Assembly (NCBI GenBank): GCA_011772205.1
Contig: WVZY01000077.1
Location: forward strand, 9,145 to 73,144
Source: Candidatus Latescibacterota bacterium
GTDB taxonomy: Bacteria; Krumholzibacteriota; Krumholzibacteriia; WVZY01
DNA length: 64,000 nt
Reading direction: 5' to 3'
Shown here: positions 1 to 9,496 of the stretch, piece by piece
How positions within the stretch are numbered: the stretch's first letter is position 1
Layout of the letters: every line of letters starts with the position of its first letter
The notes under the pieces: generated by a model
What the model saw: only the letters and a program-made list of their open reading frames with translations
Databases searched by the model: none
What the model was told of the DNA's origin: nothing
Translations under genes and position numbers: made by a program

Positions 1-53
1 CCATTTATTTTCAGCTTTATTATCTCTTGAAAATTCCTGGGAGGCGATGGGCA

Positions 54-692
54 ATGCACAATAAAACTCTCATTTTCCTATTGCTGCCGCTTTTCTTCCT
101 CGCACTGGGTTCAACGATAGCCATCAAATCGGGCTCTGCAGCTTACCGAAGCCAAATCCCGGACTTATGCAATTCCTCAGCATCGAGTGCTGGAGGACAC
201 GTTCTCATCTGCCCCGAAGGCGATGGAAAGACCTTGAGCTATGCGGGAGCTACGATTACGGTGACTCTAAAAGACTACAATGGAGATCCGATCCCGGGTG
301 TCCCAGCCGCCGACTTTTGGCTCATTGGGTGTCTGGATGGGATCAATCTCTGTGGGGGCAGCCGTTCAATCAATGCGGATCACCCAACCGATGCCAATGG
401 TCAAACGACGATCAGCGGAACCATCATCGGGGGAGGCTGCGATGATGGCCTGCACGTCGTCGCTTTAGGTATATTGGTCGGATGCCCCCCTACTAGTCTA
501 CAGATTAAGGTTCGGAGTCCAGATATCAATGGCGATCTCACTGTTGATTTAGTCGATTTCGTAACTTTCGCCCTTGGCTTTCCGAATCCACCAAATAGTT
601 ACGACGAATGCTTGGACTTTAATGACGATGGCGTCATCAACCTAATCGACGTCGCATTGTTCGCTCTGCACTTCGTACACAGCTGCTCTTAA
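54..692 (+). CDS. Secreted Cys-rich protein with an Ig-like region and a C-terminal dockerin/EF-hand-like pair
   Basis: GGAGG upstream of ATG54; hydrophobic signal peptide; ITVTLKDYNGDPIPGV...TDANGQTT (Big-1-like); two Ca-binding loops DINGDLTVDLVD and DFNDDGVINLID. Confidence 0.75.
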   Translation: MHNKTLIFLLLPLFFLALGSTIAIKSGSAAYRSQIPDLCNSSASSAGGHVLICPEGDGKTLSYAGATITVTLKDYNGDPIPGVPAADFWLIGCLDGINLCGGSRSINADHPTDANGQTTISGTIIGGGCDDGLHVVALGILVGCPPTSLQIKVRSPDINGDLTVDLVDFVTFALGFPNPPNSYDECLDFNDDGVINLIDVALFALHFVHSCS

Positions 693-744
693 CACGCTGG
701 CGAGTCGACATCGGAGGATGCGTTCACCCGTAATCTCCACATAC

Positions 745-775
745 AGAAAGCCCTTTGACATACTCGTCAAAGGGC
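745..775 (-). terminator. Intrinsic terminator after tRNA-Arg, possibly bidirectional
   Basis: Perfect 10-bp stem GCCCTTTGAC-6nt-GTCAAAGGGC (750-775) followed by TTTCT on the minus strand, between convergent genes. Confidence 0.7.
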
Positions 776-789
776 CCTCTTTATAGTAC

Positions 790-866
790 TGGTGCGCCCA
801 GGAGGACTCGAACCCCCAACCTTTTGGTCCGTAGCCAAACGCTCTATCCAATTGAGCTATGGGCGC
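790..866 (-). tRNA. tRNA-Arg(ACG)
   Basis: Minus strand GCGCCCATAGCTCAATTGGATAGAGC...TTTGG-CT-ACG-GA-CCAAA...GGTTCGAGTCC...TGGGCGCACCA; cloverleaf with encoded CCA. Confidence 0.97.
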
Positions 867-882
867 ACCTGATCGATGGCAA

Positions 883-1326
883 CTATGTCGAGCCGCTCCC
901 CTCCCCCGCCGTGGGAGGCCGATAAGGAGGAGCAGACGGCTGAGGTGGATAAGGCGTCGAAGGCCCGGGGGGAACCGGTGGCGCGTGGCCCGAGGAACCG
1001 GTATCCTTTGAACTCACCTCAAAACGCAGGCCGCCACCCACCCCGCAGATGATATTGAAGATCCATCCGCCGATCGTCATACATACGGATCCCACCACCC
1101 CGTAAAAGAACGCAAGAAATGGAATCAAAAACAATCCAAAAGCGCCGCTGAGCAATCCGAAATGAGGGAACTCCTCACCGGATAAGGCGGAGCTGAATCC
1201 TCCCATCAACAGGGAGAAGAAGAACGTCACAAATCCGACGATCAATCCAAGAACCGCATAGATAAAGAACGAGATCTTGAACAACGACCAGAGCTCGACG
1301 CGTTTTATTTCGAAATTCGCCGGCAT
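883..1326 (-). CDS. DUF3566-like membrane protein with Pro-rich C-terminal tail
   Basis: AGGAGGAGG before ATG1326; EIKRVELWSLFKISF...two TM helices...FNIICGVGGGLRFEV pattern. Confidence 0.7.
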   Translation of the reverse strand: MPANFEIKRVELWSLFKISFFIYAVLGLIVGFVTFFFSLLMGGFSSALSGEEFPHFGLLSGAFGLFLIPFLAFFYGVVGSVCMTIGGWIFNIICGVGGGLRFEVSSKDTGSSGHAPPVPPGPSTPYPPQPSAPPYRPPTAGEGSGST

Positions 1327-1519
1327 GCCTCCTCCTATGCAACGCACTCCATGAATAGCACATTTCATAACGGAACGGAAGCATTTTCAAGCTCTTCGCA
1401 AGCAGTGCCCTGAGGGGAAGGGAGGATTGAAGCCCCTTCTTTTTGCCTGCGTTGAGTTGGGTAGCTGAATCTAATTGCGCACATCCATACAGCAGGGATG
1501 CTTAAGGGTGCGGATGAAA

Positions 1520-1615
<96 letters not shown>

Positions 1616-1626
1616 GTCGGCTATCC

Positions 1627-1713
1627 TGGCGGAGGGCGAGGGATTCGAACCCCCAAGGGTGTTAACCCGGCGGTTTTCAAGACCGCTGCCTTACCAGTTA
1701 GGACTAGCCCTCC
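1627..1713 (-). tRNA. tRNA-Ser(TGA)
   Basis: GGAGGGCTAGTCC...GCGGT-CT-TGA-AA-ACCGC, long variable arm, GGTTCGAATCC, CCA end. Confidence 0.96.
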
Positions 1714-1748
1714 GATAAGTCTGTAGAAAATGAATATATCACCGCGCT

Positions 1749-2726
1749 TCAACGATCGTCAAGCGAAAGTCCGAGCTCTGACCGCTCCATCTTCTTGAGT
1801 TTTCTTCTGTTCCGAAGCTTTACCCGAATAAATATGAACAAAAACAAAACTGCGATGATCGTGAACAGCGGCCCCGTTTGAAAGATCAAGAGACGCGAGT
1901 GATAGCGTTTCTGGACCGTCTCATGGAACCGCACATAGAATTCTATGATACTCTCGTTCCATTGAGCGACAAACGCATCGGTGAAACTCCGTGTTTCCGC
2001 AAGGAGAGACAGGAACTGCGGGAGCTCCTCCAGTCCGTTCTCGAAGCGAAACGTGAATGCGGCGTAAGATATGCGATATGCATCTCTTGCCTGCATCTCC
2101 GCCGCCGGAAACGCTGCTGCAATTCGCCCGAGTGAAGGAGTTTTTCCGGACCAAACAGCGTTCATCAACCGCCAATTCTCCAGAACCGACCACTGCCCGG
2201 CCTGCCATTGAGCGAGGCCCTCGACGAACCACAGCGGCATCGGCACGGGCGCAACGCGCTGGGCAAGCAAAAGATGAGACAGCTCATGAGGGATCACCTT
2301 CTCGAGCGAATTCCACGCGCTGGCCGCTCTTTTGGCATCGACCAGCATGACCTGACTTTCCATGAACGCAAACGCGATTCCCCATGTAGGCAGGTCGTTT
2401 TGCGCTCTACGCTGGTAAGGCTTGAGGTCGGGGATCACTTGAATCTGAAAAGGCGCGACAGCATTCAAACCGAGCGCCCCGGCAAGCACGGGGATTCTCT
2501 CCTCGCATATCTCCGCGATTCGATGTGCGATTTTCTTGTTCTTCTCCGAGTAGAACACGCGCACCGGATAGGATCTAACGGGAATGGAGTGCTCGAGATC
2601 GAACTGGCCAGCGCCTGCGGCGGTCACGGGTGCAAGGATGGCAGCAACCAGCACTATTGCGAGAGCCTGGCTGCAAACAACGGGACCATGACCTCGATGT
2701 TCCATATCAATCATCCGTGGATGCAT
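1749..2726 (-). CDS. Peptidase MA-family (gluzincin) metallopeptidase, exported and C-terminally membrane-anchored
   Basis: HELSH zinc motif plus WFVEGLAQW third ligand; N-terminal signal; C-terminal TM with basic tail; exact start uncertain. Confidence 0.8.
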   Translation of the reverse strand: MHPRMIDMEHRGHGPVVCSQALAIVLVAAILAPVTAAGAGQFDLEHSIPVRSYPVRVFYSEKNKKIAHRIAEICEERIPVLAGALGLNAVAPFQIQVIPDLKPYQRRAQNDLPTWGIAFAFMESQVMLVDAKRAASAWNSLEKVIPHELSHLLLAQRVAPVPMPLWFVEGLAQWQAGQWSVLENWRLMNAVWSGKTPSLGRIAAAFPAAEMQARDAYRISYAAFTFRFENGLEELPQFLSLLAETRSFTDAFVAQWNESIIEFYVRFHETVQKRYHSRLLIFQTGPLFTIIAVLFLFIFIRVKLRNRRKLKKMERSELGLSLDDR

Positions 2727-3819
2727 CGATCACTCCTGATCCAACGACGACATCATCCTTATAGAATGCAATAGTCTGGCCGGGACAGATAGCGCTCTGA
2801 GGCTTTTCGAATACCACTCCGCACAGCCGCCCGCGCCGTTCGATCTCCTTTACCTTTGCCGGCCTGTGGCGGGAGCGGATCTGAGCGCTGACGCCCCTCC
2901 CCGAACCTTCCACTACTTCATCCATCCAATCCAGCGTGCACGTGAGGTGGGAGGTACGGAGATCTTCGGCATCGCCAATTACCAGAGCATTCCGCGAAGG
3001 ATCCAACTTCACTACATACTGAGGAGTGCCCGTGGCGATTCCCAGTTTTCGCCGCTGCCCAATGGTATATAGTCCAAGCCCCTCATGCTGTCCGATCACC
3101 TCTCCAACCACGCTCTCGATGGGCCCTGGTTTGAACGGGATTTTTTTGGAGAGAAACGATTTCAGCGATCCTCCTGTTATGAAGCACACTTCCTGGCTTT
3201 CGTCCTTTTCCGCCACGTGCAGGCCGCGCTGCACGGCTATTTCCCTCACATCCGCCTTGTCAAGTTCTCCGAGAGGAAACAGCACTCTTTCGAGGATCGC
3301 ACGATCATTGATGGGCGATAGAAAATACGATTGATCCTTCGAAGCCGACAGGGCGCGAGCAATCCGAATCCGACCGTCTTCCCCTCTGTGCAAGCGTGCG
3401 TAGTGGCCGGTGGCGGCGTAGTCGAGACCGAGACGGGCGGCATGATCGATGAGCGTACGGAATCTCACCTTGGAATTGCATCGGATGCATGGATTCGGCG
3501 TTCGTGCGTTCTCATATTCCGCTACGAAGTTATCGACGACCTCCCTTGTGAAAAGCTCTTCCACATCAATAACGCGGTGAGTCAACCCAAGCTGTTCGCA
3601 CGTACGCCTGGCATCCTCCACCGCTTCCCTGGAGCAGCAACTCCGTTCCGGCAAATCCACATTGCCGAAGCAGAAGTTCTTCATCGTCAGGCCCACCACC
3701 CGGAAACCGGCATCCCTGAGCAGCAATGCCGCCGCGGCGCTGTCCACACCACCACTCATGGAAACGACGGCGCCTCTATCCTTGGAGGCTTCCTCGATTT
3801 GGAAATAATCACCCCGCAT
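2707..3819 (-). CDS. mnmA: tRNA 2-thiouridine(34) synthase MnmA
   Basis: SGGVDS PP-loop, TPNPCIRCN, ATGHYA, KDQSYFL, YTIGQRR, PGQ motifs. Confidence 0.96.
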   Translation of the reverse strand: MRGDYFQIEEASKDRGAVVSMSGGVDSAAAALLLRDAGFRVVGLTMKNFCFGNVDLPERSCCSREAVEDARRTCEQLGLTHRVIDVEELFTREVVDNFVAEYENARTPNPCIRCNSKVRFRTLIDHAARLGLDYAATGHYARLHRGEDGRIRIARALSASKDQSYFLSPINDRAILERVLFPLGELDKADVREIAVQRGLHVAEKDESQEVCFITGGSLKSFLSKKIPFKPGPIESVVGEVIGQHEGLGLYTIGQRRKLGIATGTPQYVVKLDPSRNALVIGDAEDLRTSHLTCTLDWMDEVVEGSGRGVSAQIRSRHRPAKVKEIERRGRLCGVVFEKPQSAICPGQTIAFYKDDVVVGSGVIDASTDD

Positions 3820-3858
3820 AAATCAACCTCAGAGAGGCACTTTTATATAGAATACATG

Positions 3859-3894
3859 AAAACCTCCTCCCCCGAAAGCGGGAGAGAAGGTTTT
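3859..3894 (-). terminator. Intrinsic terminator after the TPR gene
   Basis: Minus strand AAAACCTTCTCTCCC-loop-GGGGGAGGAGGTTTT stem ending in a T-run. Confidence 0.6.
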
Positions 3895-3912
3895 GACATA
3901 TAAAAGTGTTTG

Positions 3913-5085
3913 CTAGTATTGTTCTTTGAGTTTTTCTTCTCTGATCTTGAGCTTCTTCTGCCGCTCGATTTGCTTTTTTGCATAGTCCCCGTATTGAGGG
4001 TCGTTAACGGCCAATTGCAGTATTTCGATCGCCTCGTCGAAACGCTTCATCTTTTCCAGAGACGTTGCCCACGTCACCTGAAGCGCCGCCTTGCTCTCTG
4101 CGACTTCGAGCCCCTTCTTCACGGTTTCTATCGCTTTCATGTACTGCGCGATTTCATTGTAACAAGCAGCCAACTGCTGGTAAGCGGGCGCAAAATCCGG
4201 TTTGAGCTCGGTACACTTTGTCAACGGTGGAATAGCTTCTTTGTGCCTCTTCAGCATGATGTAAGAGATACCCAAATTGTAATGGTGCGCCGGCTTATCC
4301 GCTTCTGTAACAACCAGTTCTTCGAATACCGCGGCTGATTTGTCGAACTGTTTGTTCGCAATATATGAAGCTCCGAGTTTAGCCTGCAGGGCGCGTTTCT
4401 GTATCTCGGGAGCTTTCTCGACGGCCTGCTCATACATTGCCGTGGCCAAATCCGTTTTGCCTTGTTTGGTGTAAATCTTGGCCATTGATCCCATTGTGGG
4501 CACATCTTCGGGATTGGCCTTGAGGGCCTTGGAATAAAAGCTGATCGCTCTATCGAGTTCCTCTCTCTTGTCGTAAATAAAGCCCAGATGAACATTGGCA
4601 TCGTAGTTCAGCGAATCCAGCGCCAGCATGTTGTTATATGTGCCGATTGCATTGTCCAACTCCCCGGCCCGGAGCTCGGTATAGCCCAACAGCGAAAGGA
4701 GTGAGAGATCATCCGGACGCACCGAGACGGCTTGCCGGTATGATTCCGCTGCTTTGTCCAGGGCTTTCAATTCGATGTAGCAGTCCGCCATGTCACTCCA
4801 CGCCTCGATCCGATGCTTCTCGGCGGTCACGACCCGCTCCAGCTCCACGATGGCCTTTTCCCACTGCTTTGCGGTCATGAATTGCTTTGCCGTCTGGTAC
4901 ATCATGTCCACTTCGGTGAGCTCTTTCTGAAAGCCTTTCTCATCCGTTGTGGTCTTGAGGACCTTCTTTTTCTGCTTTTCCTGAGCGGAAATTTTCGTAG
5001 ACGCACAAGACGTTGTAAACTGCAGGGCAACAAAAGACATGCACACCAATGTCACGATCGAGAGGGCGATAAGATTCCTTTTCAT
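3913..5085 (-). CDS. Tetratricopeptide repeat protein, probable lipoprotein
   Basis: Signal ending TTSC; multiple TPR units (e.g. AHHYNLGISYIMLKRHKEAI). Confidence 0.85.
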   Translation of the reverse strand: MKRNLIALSIVTLVCMSFVALQFTTSCASTKISAQEKQKKKVLKTTTDEKGFQKELTEVDMMYQTAKQFMTAKQWEKAIVELERVVTAEKHRIEAWSDMADCYIELKALDKAAESYRQAVSVRPDDLSLLSLLGYTELRAGELDNAIGTYNNMLALDSLNYDANVHLGFIYDKREELDRAISFYSKALKANPEDVPTMGSMAKIYTKQGKTDLATAMYEQAVEKAPEIQKRALQAKLGASYIANKQFDKSAAVFEELVVTEADKPAHHYNLGISYIMLKRHKEAIPPLTKCTELKPDFAPAYQQLAACYNEIAQYMKAIETVKKGLEVAESKAALQVTWATSLEKMKRFDEAIEILQLAVNDPQYGDYAKKQIERQKKLKIREEKLKEQY

Positions 5086-5135
5086 GATCACCTATCCTTC
5101 ACAGGGCGAATGAGCGCGAAACACAGTACTACTTA

Positions 5136-5164
5136 AAATTAACGGGCATTCGTAAAAATGTCAA
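5136..5164 (-). promoter_or_regulatory. Sigma70-like promoter
   Basis: TTGACA-17nt-TAATTT upstream of the TPR gene. Confidence 0.55.
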
Positions 5165-5194
5165 GCAAGGCAACCGGAGCAAAACGAACCTAAC

Positions 5195-5962
5195 TCATTC
5201 TGGTGCTTCAAGTTCCAAGTATTGTTTGATGAGTCCAACATTCTCGCCGGCTGTCTTTCCAAGCTCTCCGTCCGGATCTAATTGGATGACCAACTCCCAC
5301 TCCCTGAGAGCTTCTTTGAACATCCGGGCGTCGGCAAATGCGAATCCGAGGTTATAGTGCGCTTGAGGGCTGTTTGGATCCAATTCCAGCGCCTTGAGAT
5401 AATACGCCATCGCCTCTCTCATACGCCGCTTGGAATGGTAGAGAAAGCCCAGGTGACAGTGCGCAAGCACATCGCTGGGATCGACCTCAATGGCTCGCTT
5501 ATACATTAGCTCCGCCTGGCCTTTCTTCCCCTGAGAATCCAGCACGATTCCCAGATTCACATAAGCCTTCGAGTAGGTGGAATCGATCGCTATGGCTTCC
5601 TGAAAGAAAATCGCAGCACTGTCGAGCTTGCCGGTCGAAAACATGGCAACACCTAGGAAGAAATTGATATCGGCGCTGTTTTCTCCCATCGCCTTGGCAT
5701 CCAATAAATATTCGATCTGCTCACCGGGGCTCATCCCCCGCATGCGCTCGGATAACTCCTGAGACGGCTCTTCTTGCTGCAATCCCTCGCTGCCGCTCAG
5801 AGCCGCATCAGCTGTGCTCCCATCAATCCGGGGGAATGACCCTGCCATTGCTCGGGCTGGGAGCAGGGCTGTGCAGGCAGCAAACGCCAGGAGCGCGAAA
5901 CAGATGCCGCATATCTCCATGATGTGCTTCGCTAGGAGTCTTCGTGTCTTTTTCGCTTCCAT
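5195..5962 (-). CDS. Tetratricopeptide repeat protein, exported
   Basis: TPR units AYVNLGIVL, AHCHLGFLY, AHYNLGFAF; the start may be ATG5920. Confidence 0.85.
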   Translation of the reverse strand: MEAKKTRRLLAKHIMEICGICFALLAFAACTALLPARAMAGSFPRIDGSTADAALSGSEGLQQEEPSQELSERMRGMSPGEQIEYLLDAKAMGENSADINFFLGVAMFSTGKLDSAAIFFQEAIAIDSTYSKAYVNLGIVLDSQGKKGQAELMYKRAIEVDPSDVLAHCHLGFLYHSKRRMREAMAYYLKALELDPNSPQAHYNLGFAFADARMFKEALREWELVIQLDPDGELGKTAGENVGLIKQYLELEAPE

Positions 5963-7158
5963 ATCTCGCTGCCGGTGACGCTGATATAGAATCTCACCAA
6001 CCGGTCCTCGATGGTATTTTTGCTCAACGACCCGGCTTTACCGATCCTCAATGCGATGTCCATTTTCGCTTTGCCGCCCGCAAGATTCAATCCGGTGCCC
6101 AAGCCGAACAAGATCTTTCTGATACGCTGGCCGCCGGGGAAATCATAGGGGAGACGCTGGTAATTGAACGAAAACCGGATGGGAAATCGTTTTCCGAAAA
6201 GAGGAAGCCCCCGGGTGTACTCGGCTCCGAATGCATAGCTCTCTTCCTGGTACAACCGATCCTGGCGAAAGCCTAGCCCACTGAAATCTTTGAAATCCGC
6301 CGCCGCATAACTCGCGAGAACGTGCCAAGCGGGCGTGATTCGAAACGTGCCTGCTACACTATAACGCTGAGGGAGCTTTATGGTCGCCGTGTAGTTCGTG
6401 TCGAGCGCCGATTGTGAGAACCTCTCTTTGACCTCTGCGTCATACTCGATCTCGCTTTCATAGGCCGCACCCACCATGACCGGACCGCCGGGAAACAACA
6501 CGATGCCTGCGCCAAAGCCCGATGCATCCATCTCGATACGCTTGCGGCCGGCGCTCGGAAATTTAGTCGGATCGTCAAAGAGGATCGTCCACCTATCTTC
6601 GATCGATCCCTTCTCGAGCGTATAGGTGCCCGCAATGGAGATATACCGGGTGACACTCAGGGCCAGCGTGATCGGGACAGCATACAGCCCACCGCTTTTC
6701 TCGAAGACCTGCCTGTAAGAATCCCCGCCTTCAGCAATCCCGGGAATCGAAAAGCTCCCATCGGGATCGCTCCGGCCGCGATATCCGATCGAGAATGTGA
6801 TGCGCTTATGGAGAGGAAAGGCGCCGACAAAGACCGGATAGTATACGGACACCTCCCTCTCGGAGATGGTGTTGGATCGGCCCTTGTCCACAGCGATGAC
6901 CTGGGTTGCCCCTATGGTGACCTTTCGGCAGAACGTCAGCATGGCCGGATTGAACTGCAGCACACCCAGCGAATCGGGGATAATCTGAGTCGCACCGCCG
7001 AGAGCAATGACCCTTGCACCGGCCGCCTCTGCGCGTTCCCCAATGAAGTTGAGGGAAAAGAGCGATGCAGCTTGTCCGCTCTCCGCTGTAAAGGAAAGCA
7101 TCGCCGCCAGGATCCATAAATGCAGGTCCAGTATGTTTCTTCTCCGTTTTAATCTCAT
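5932..7158 (-). CDS. Outer-membrane beta-barrel, FadL/OmpP1/PorV-like
   Basis: Signal peptide; ARVIALGG...NPAML N-terminal plug motif; alternating beta strands; WKRKR end. Confidence 0.7.
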   Translation of the reverse strand: MRLKRRRNILDLHLWILAAMLSFTAESGQAASLFSLNFIGERAEAAGARVIALGGATQIIPDSLGVLQFNPAMLTFCRKVTIGATQVIAVDKGRSNTISEREVSVYYPVFVGAFPLHKRITFSIGYRGRSDPDGSFSIPGIAEGGDSYRQVFEKSGGLYAVPITLALSVTRYISIAGTYTLEKGSIEDRWTILFDDPTKFPSAGRKRIEMDASGFGAGIVLFPGGPVMVGAAYESEIEYDAEVKERFSQSALDTNYTATIKLPQRYSVAGTFRITPAWHVLASYAAADFKDFSGLGFRQDRLYQEESYAFGAEYTRGLPLFGKRFPIRFSFNYQRLPYDFPGGQRIRKILFGLGTGLNLAGGKAKMDIALRIGKAGSLSKNTIEDRLVRFYISVTGSEIWKRKRHEDS

Positions 7159-7162
7159 AATA

Positions 7163-8323
7163 TCACTTTTTGAATATAGGAGCTTCCGATGCTGTTATTA
7201 TGATACGCGGCCCGAGCGTATCCGATGCGCTCGTGTAGAATTCAACCTGACGGACAGCCTGGCCTTCGCTGTAAAACCGGAGAGCAAGGCCGTTGTTCTC
7301 ACGTTCTCCCCCCACAAAAAGCTGGAGAATGTTTATGTTTCTTCGGCGGTCGGTGAGGGGAAGGACGAGCTGGTTGGAAACGAAATTGACAAAACCCGTT
7401 GATACACCCGGCCCGGACCGAACCGAAGGATCAGCGGGATCATCGCTATCCGGTGCATAGAGGAGAACGCTGAAGTCAATCCCGAGATCGGTCGTTGTGT
7501 CGGCGTTCAAGACCAGCTTCGCATCATGAATGAAATTGTCGGGATCGAATCCCGATAGATCGACGGGGACGAGAATTCTGCGAATAAAACCATCGGATAT
7601 AACCAGGTTCGTTGTTGAGGTGGTCGATTCGACGAACGTCCCGTCATCGGTGGGTGAAAACTTGGTTTCCGCTCCATCTGTGAAATTTACCGCGAGCAGG
7701 GGGCGGTCGTCTTTTTCAGAATTTTCCCTGGATCCAAACGAGAATTGTTTCCCGCTAATCGTATCTCTCACTACGACTGCAATTCCATTGTGCGGCCGAT
7801 CCCCGCGGATCCAATCCTGGACGAGTGCCGTGGGAAGCAGGTAGTTCGCTGTGCCGGTAGGCATTTCCCTGTCAACATTCGTCAGCCCTTCATCCGGTAT
7901 AGGTGTCGGATCGATCTGGAGTGCCTGGAGCGTGTCCCCCTCATTGTATTCTTCTAACAGCTCATAAAACCTCGCGATCAATGAATCGCCCGGCAAAAAA
8001 TTTGGATCCTTCAATCGGAGACTTGCCCGGTCCACGATGCGCAACGTATCGGGCCCCACACCGGAGAAATCGAATTTGACCACCATGGATGAGAGATAGC
8101 CGCTCTTCAGCCCAAGAGATAATGTCGGATTCTTGTCGAGTCTGGATCCAACGAAGAAACTCTGATCCCCGGAAGTGACGCGAATCGTGTCCTGAAAAAC
8201 AGTACCAGGACGACCCCCGAGGGTGCCATCGTCGATGAATTCGTTGCCCAGCGGTGAATCCGGATCGGATGAGCAGGCACCTACTAGAAAAACCGCAAAG
8301 ATAATGAAAACGATCTTCTTCAA
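7163..8323 (-). CDS. Lipoprotein with two DNRLRE/CBM96-like beta-sandwich repeats (DUF4270-like)
   Basis: TTG8323 after AGGAGA; lipobox LVGAC; repeated NG(I/L)A...F.(S/T)...P.(L/I) motif. Confidence 0.6.
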   Translation of the reverse strand: MKKIVFIIFAVFLVGACSSDPDSPLGNEFIDDGTLGGRPGTVFQDTIRVTSGDQSFFVGSRLDKNPTLSLGLKSGYLSSMVVKFDFSGVGPDTLRIVDRASLRLKDPNFLPGDSLIARFYELLEEYNEGDTLQALQIDPTPIPDEGLTNVDREMPTGTANYLLPTALVQDWIRGDRPHNGIAVVVRDTISGKQFSFGSRENSEKDDRPLLAVNFTDGAETKFSPTDDGTFVESTTSTTNLVISDGFIRRILVPVDLSGFDPDNFIHDAKLVLNADTTTDLGIDFSVLLYAPDSDDPADPSVRSGPGVSTGFVNFVSNQLVLPLTDRRRNINILQLFVGGERENNGLALRFYSEGQAVRQVEFYTSASDTLGPRIIITASEAPIFKK

Positions 8324-8371
8324 GGTGGTCAATGTCTCCTTCTGTTGTCGAACAGTCCGGTTGGACGATAA

Positions 8372-8400
8372 ACAGTAGCGCAGGTTGATCTTACAGTCAA
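8372..8400 (-). promoter_or_regulatory. Sigma70-like promoter for the lipoprotein-barrel-TPR genes
   Basis: TTGACT-17nt-TACTGT. Confidence 0.45.
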
Positions 8401-8449
8401 GGATGGAAGCTTCTGGGGAATCCGGTTGCTCGTATCCCTTGCCGGCCAT

Positions 8450-8851
8450 TTATTCTTTGAATCGCGTGGAAACAACGAGCTTCTGGACACCGGCACCTTT
8501 GACGATATCCAGAACTTCGACGACGCTCCCGTGTGAGACGCGGGAATCCGCCTTAAGGACGAGGGATTTATCCGTTGTGTCTTGCAGCTTCCGTCTCAGC
8601 GCCTCTTCCAGCAGCGGAATTTCCATCGGCTCATCGTTGAGAAACACTTTCCCGGATTGATCGATATAGACAACGAGCGGTTTCTGCCGGACGACATCCG
8701 AGTGTTCAGCCTTCGGGAGTTCCATTTTGATGGCGGGCTGGCTCAGGAACGTTGTGGATATCATAAAGAAAATCAACAAAAGAAACAGAACGTCAATGAG
8801 CGACGTAACGTTCAGAATAACCGATCGCTTTTTGCTTCTTCGCATCTCCAT
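8450..8851 (-). CDS. exbD: Biopolymer transporter ExbD/TolR
   Basis: LNVTSLIDVLFLLLIFFMIST; LKADSRVSHGSVVEVLD. Confidence 0.92.
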   Translation of the reverse strand: MEMRRSKKRSVILNVTSLIDVLFLLLIFFMISTTFLSQPAIKMELPKAEHSDVVRQKPLVVYIDQSGKVFLNDEPMEIPLLEEALRRKLQDTTDKSLVLKADSRVSHGSVVEVLDIVKGAGVQKLVVSTRFKE

Positions 8852-8875
8852 CGTCTTTGCATACTCCCGCGGGAA

Positions 8876-9490
8876 TCAACCGCTCCTGTGCATTGTGGCT
8901 AGTTGCTTGATGAGCGTGTGGGCGTAACTTTCAATCTTCAATGTCAACGCATCCACTCTCGAATCGAAGAAATTGTAAGCGATCAGCGCCGGAATGCCGA
9001 TCGAAAGGCCGAATGCCGTCGTAATCAGCGCCTCGGCGATCCCTCCTGAAAGGAGGCCCGCCTGGCCGACACCGGCAATACTGATCACGGAGAACACCTT
9101 TATCATCCCCAGCACGGTTCCCAGAAGGCCCAGCAGCGGACTCGCCGCTGCGACGGTCTCCAGGACGACGAGATATCGCTCCAGGCGCTTCATTTCGCGG
9201 CGGCCCGTATCTTCCATCGCCTGGCGGACTTCAAAGGGCGTCGAATTGGCTTCCTCCAGCCCGGCACGGATCACATTTGCAAAGGGGCTGTCGTAGCGCT
9301 GGCAGAGCTTGATTGCCATCGGTATGTCCGATGGTTCTTTCACTGATTCGATATAATTCACAATCTCGTTTTGAATCACACGGCGGTGCTGGAGATTGAC
9401 TGCCTTCTCGATTACGACTGCCACTCCCATTATCGAGAGCAGCCCGAGGGGGATCATCACTACCCCTCCCTTGACCAAAATCGCCCACAT
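8876..9490 (-). CDS. exbB: MotA/TolQ/ExbB proton channel protein
   Basis: SPLLGLLGTVLGMI; GIAEALITTAFGL. Confidence 0.92.
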   Translation of the reverse strand: MWAILVKGGVVMIPLGLLSIMGVAVVIEKAVNLQHRRVIQNEIVNYIESVKEPSDIPMAIKLCQRYDSPFANVIRAGLEEANSTPFEVRQAMEDTGRREMKRLERYLVVLETVAAASPLLGLLGTVLGMIKVFSVISIAGVGQAGLLSGGIAEALITTAFGLSIGIPALIAYNFFDSRVDALTLKIESYAHTLIKQLATMHRSG

Positions 9491-9496
9491 AGAATT

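Noticed and set aside
1415-1445. Terminator-like hairpin with T-run after tRNA-Ser
   Set aside because: Short stem, large loop, and the T-run is on the strand opposite the local genes
8324-8449. N-terminal extension of the lipoprotein ORF
   Set aside because: Contains a promoter-like sequence and an SD; the signal peptide begins at TTG8323
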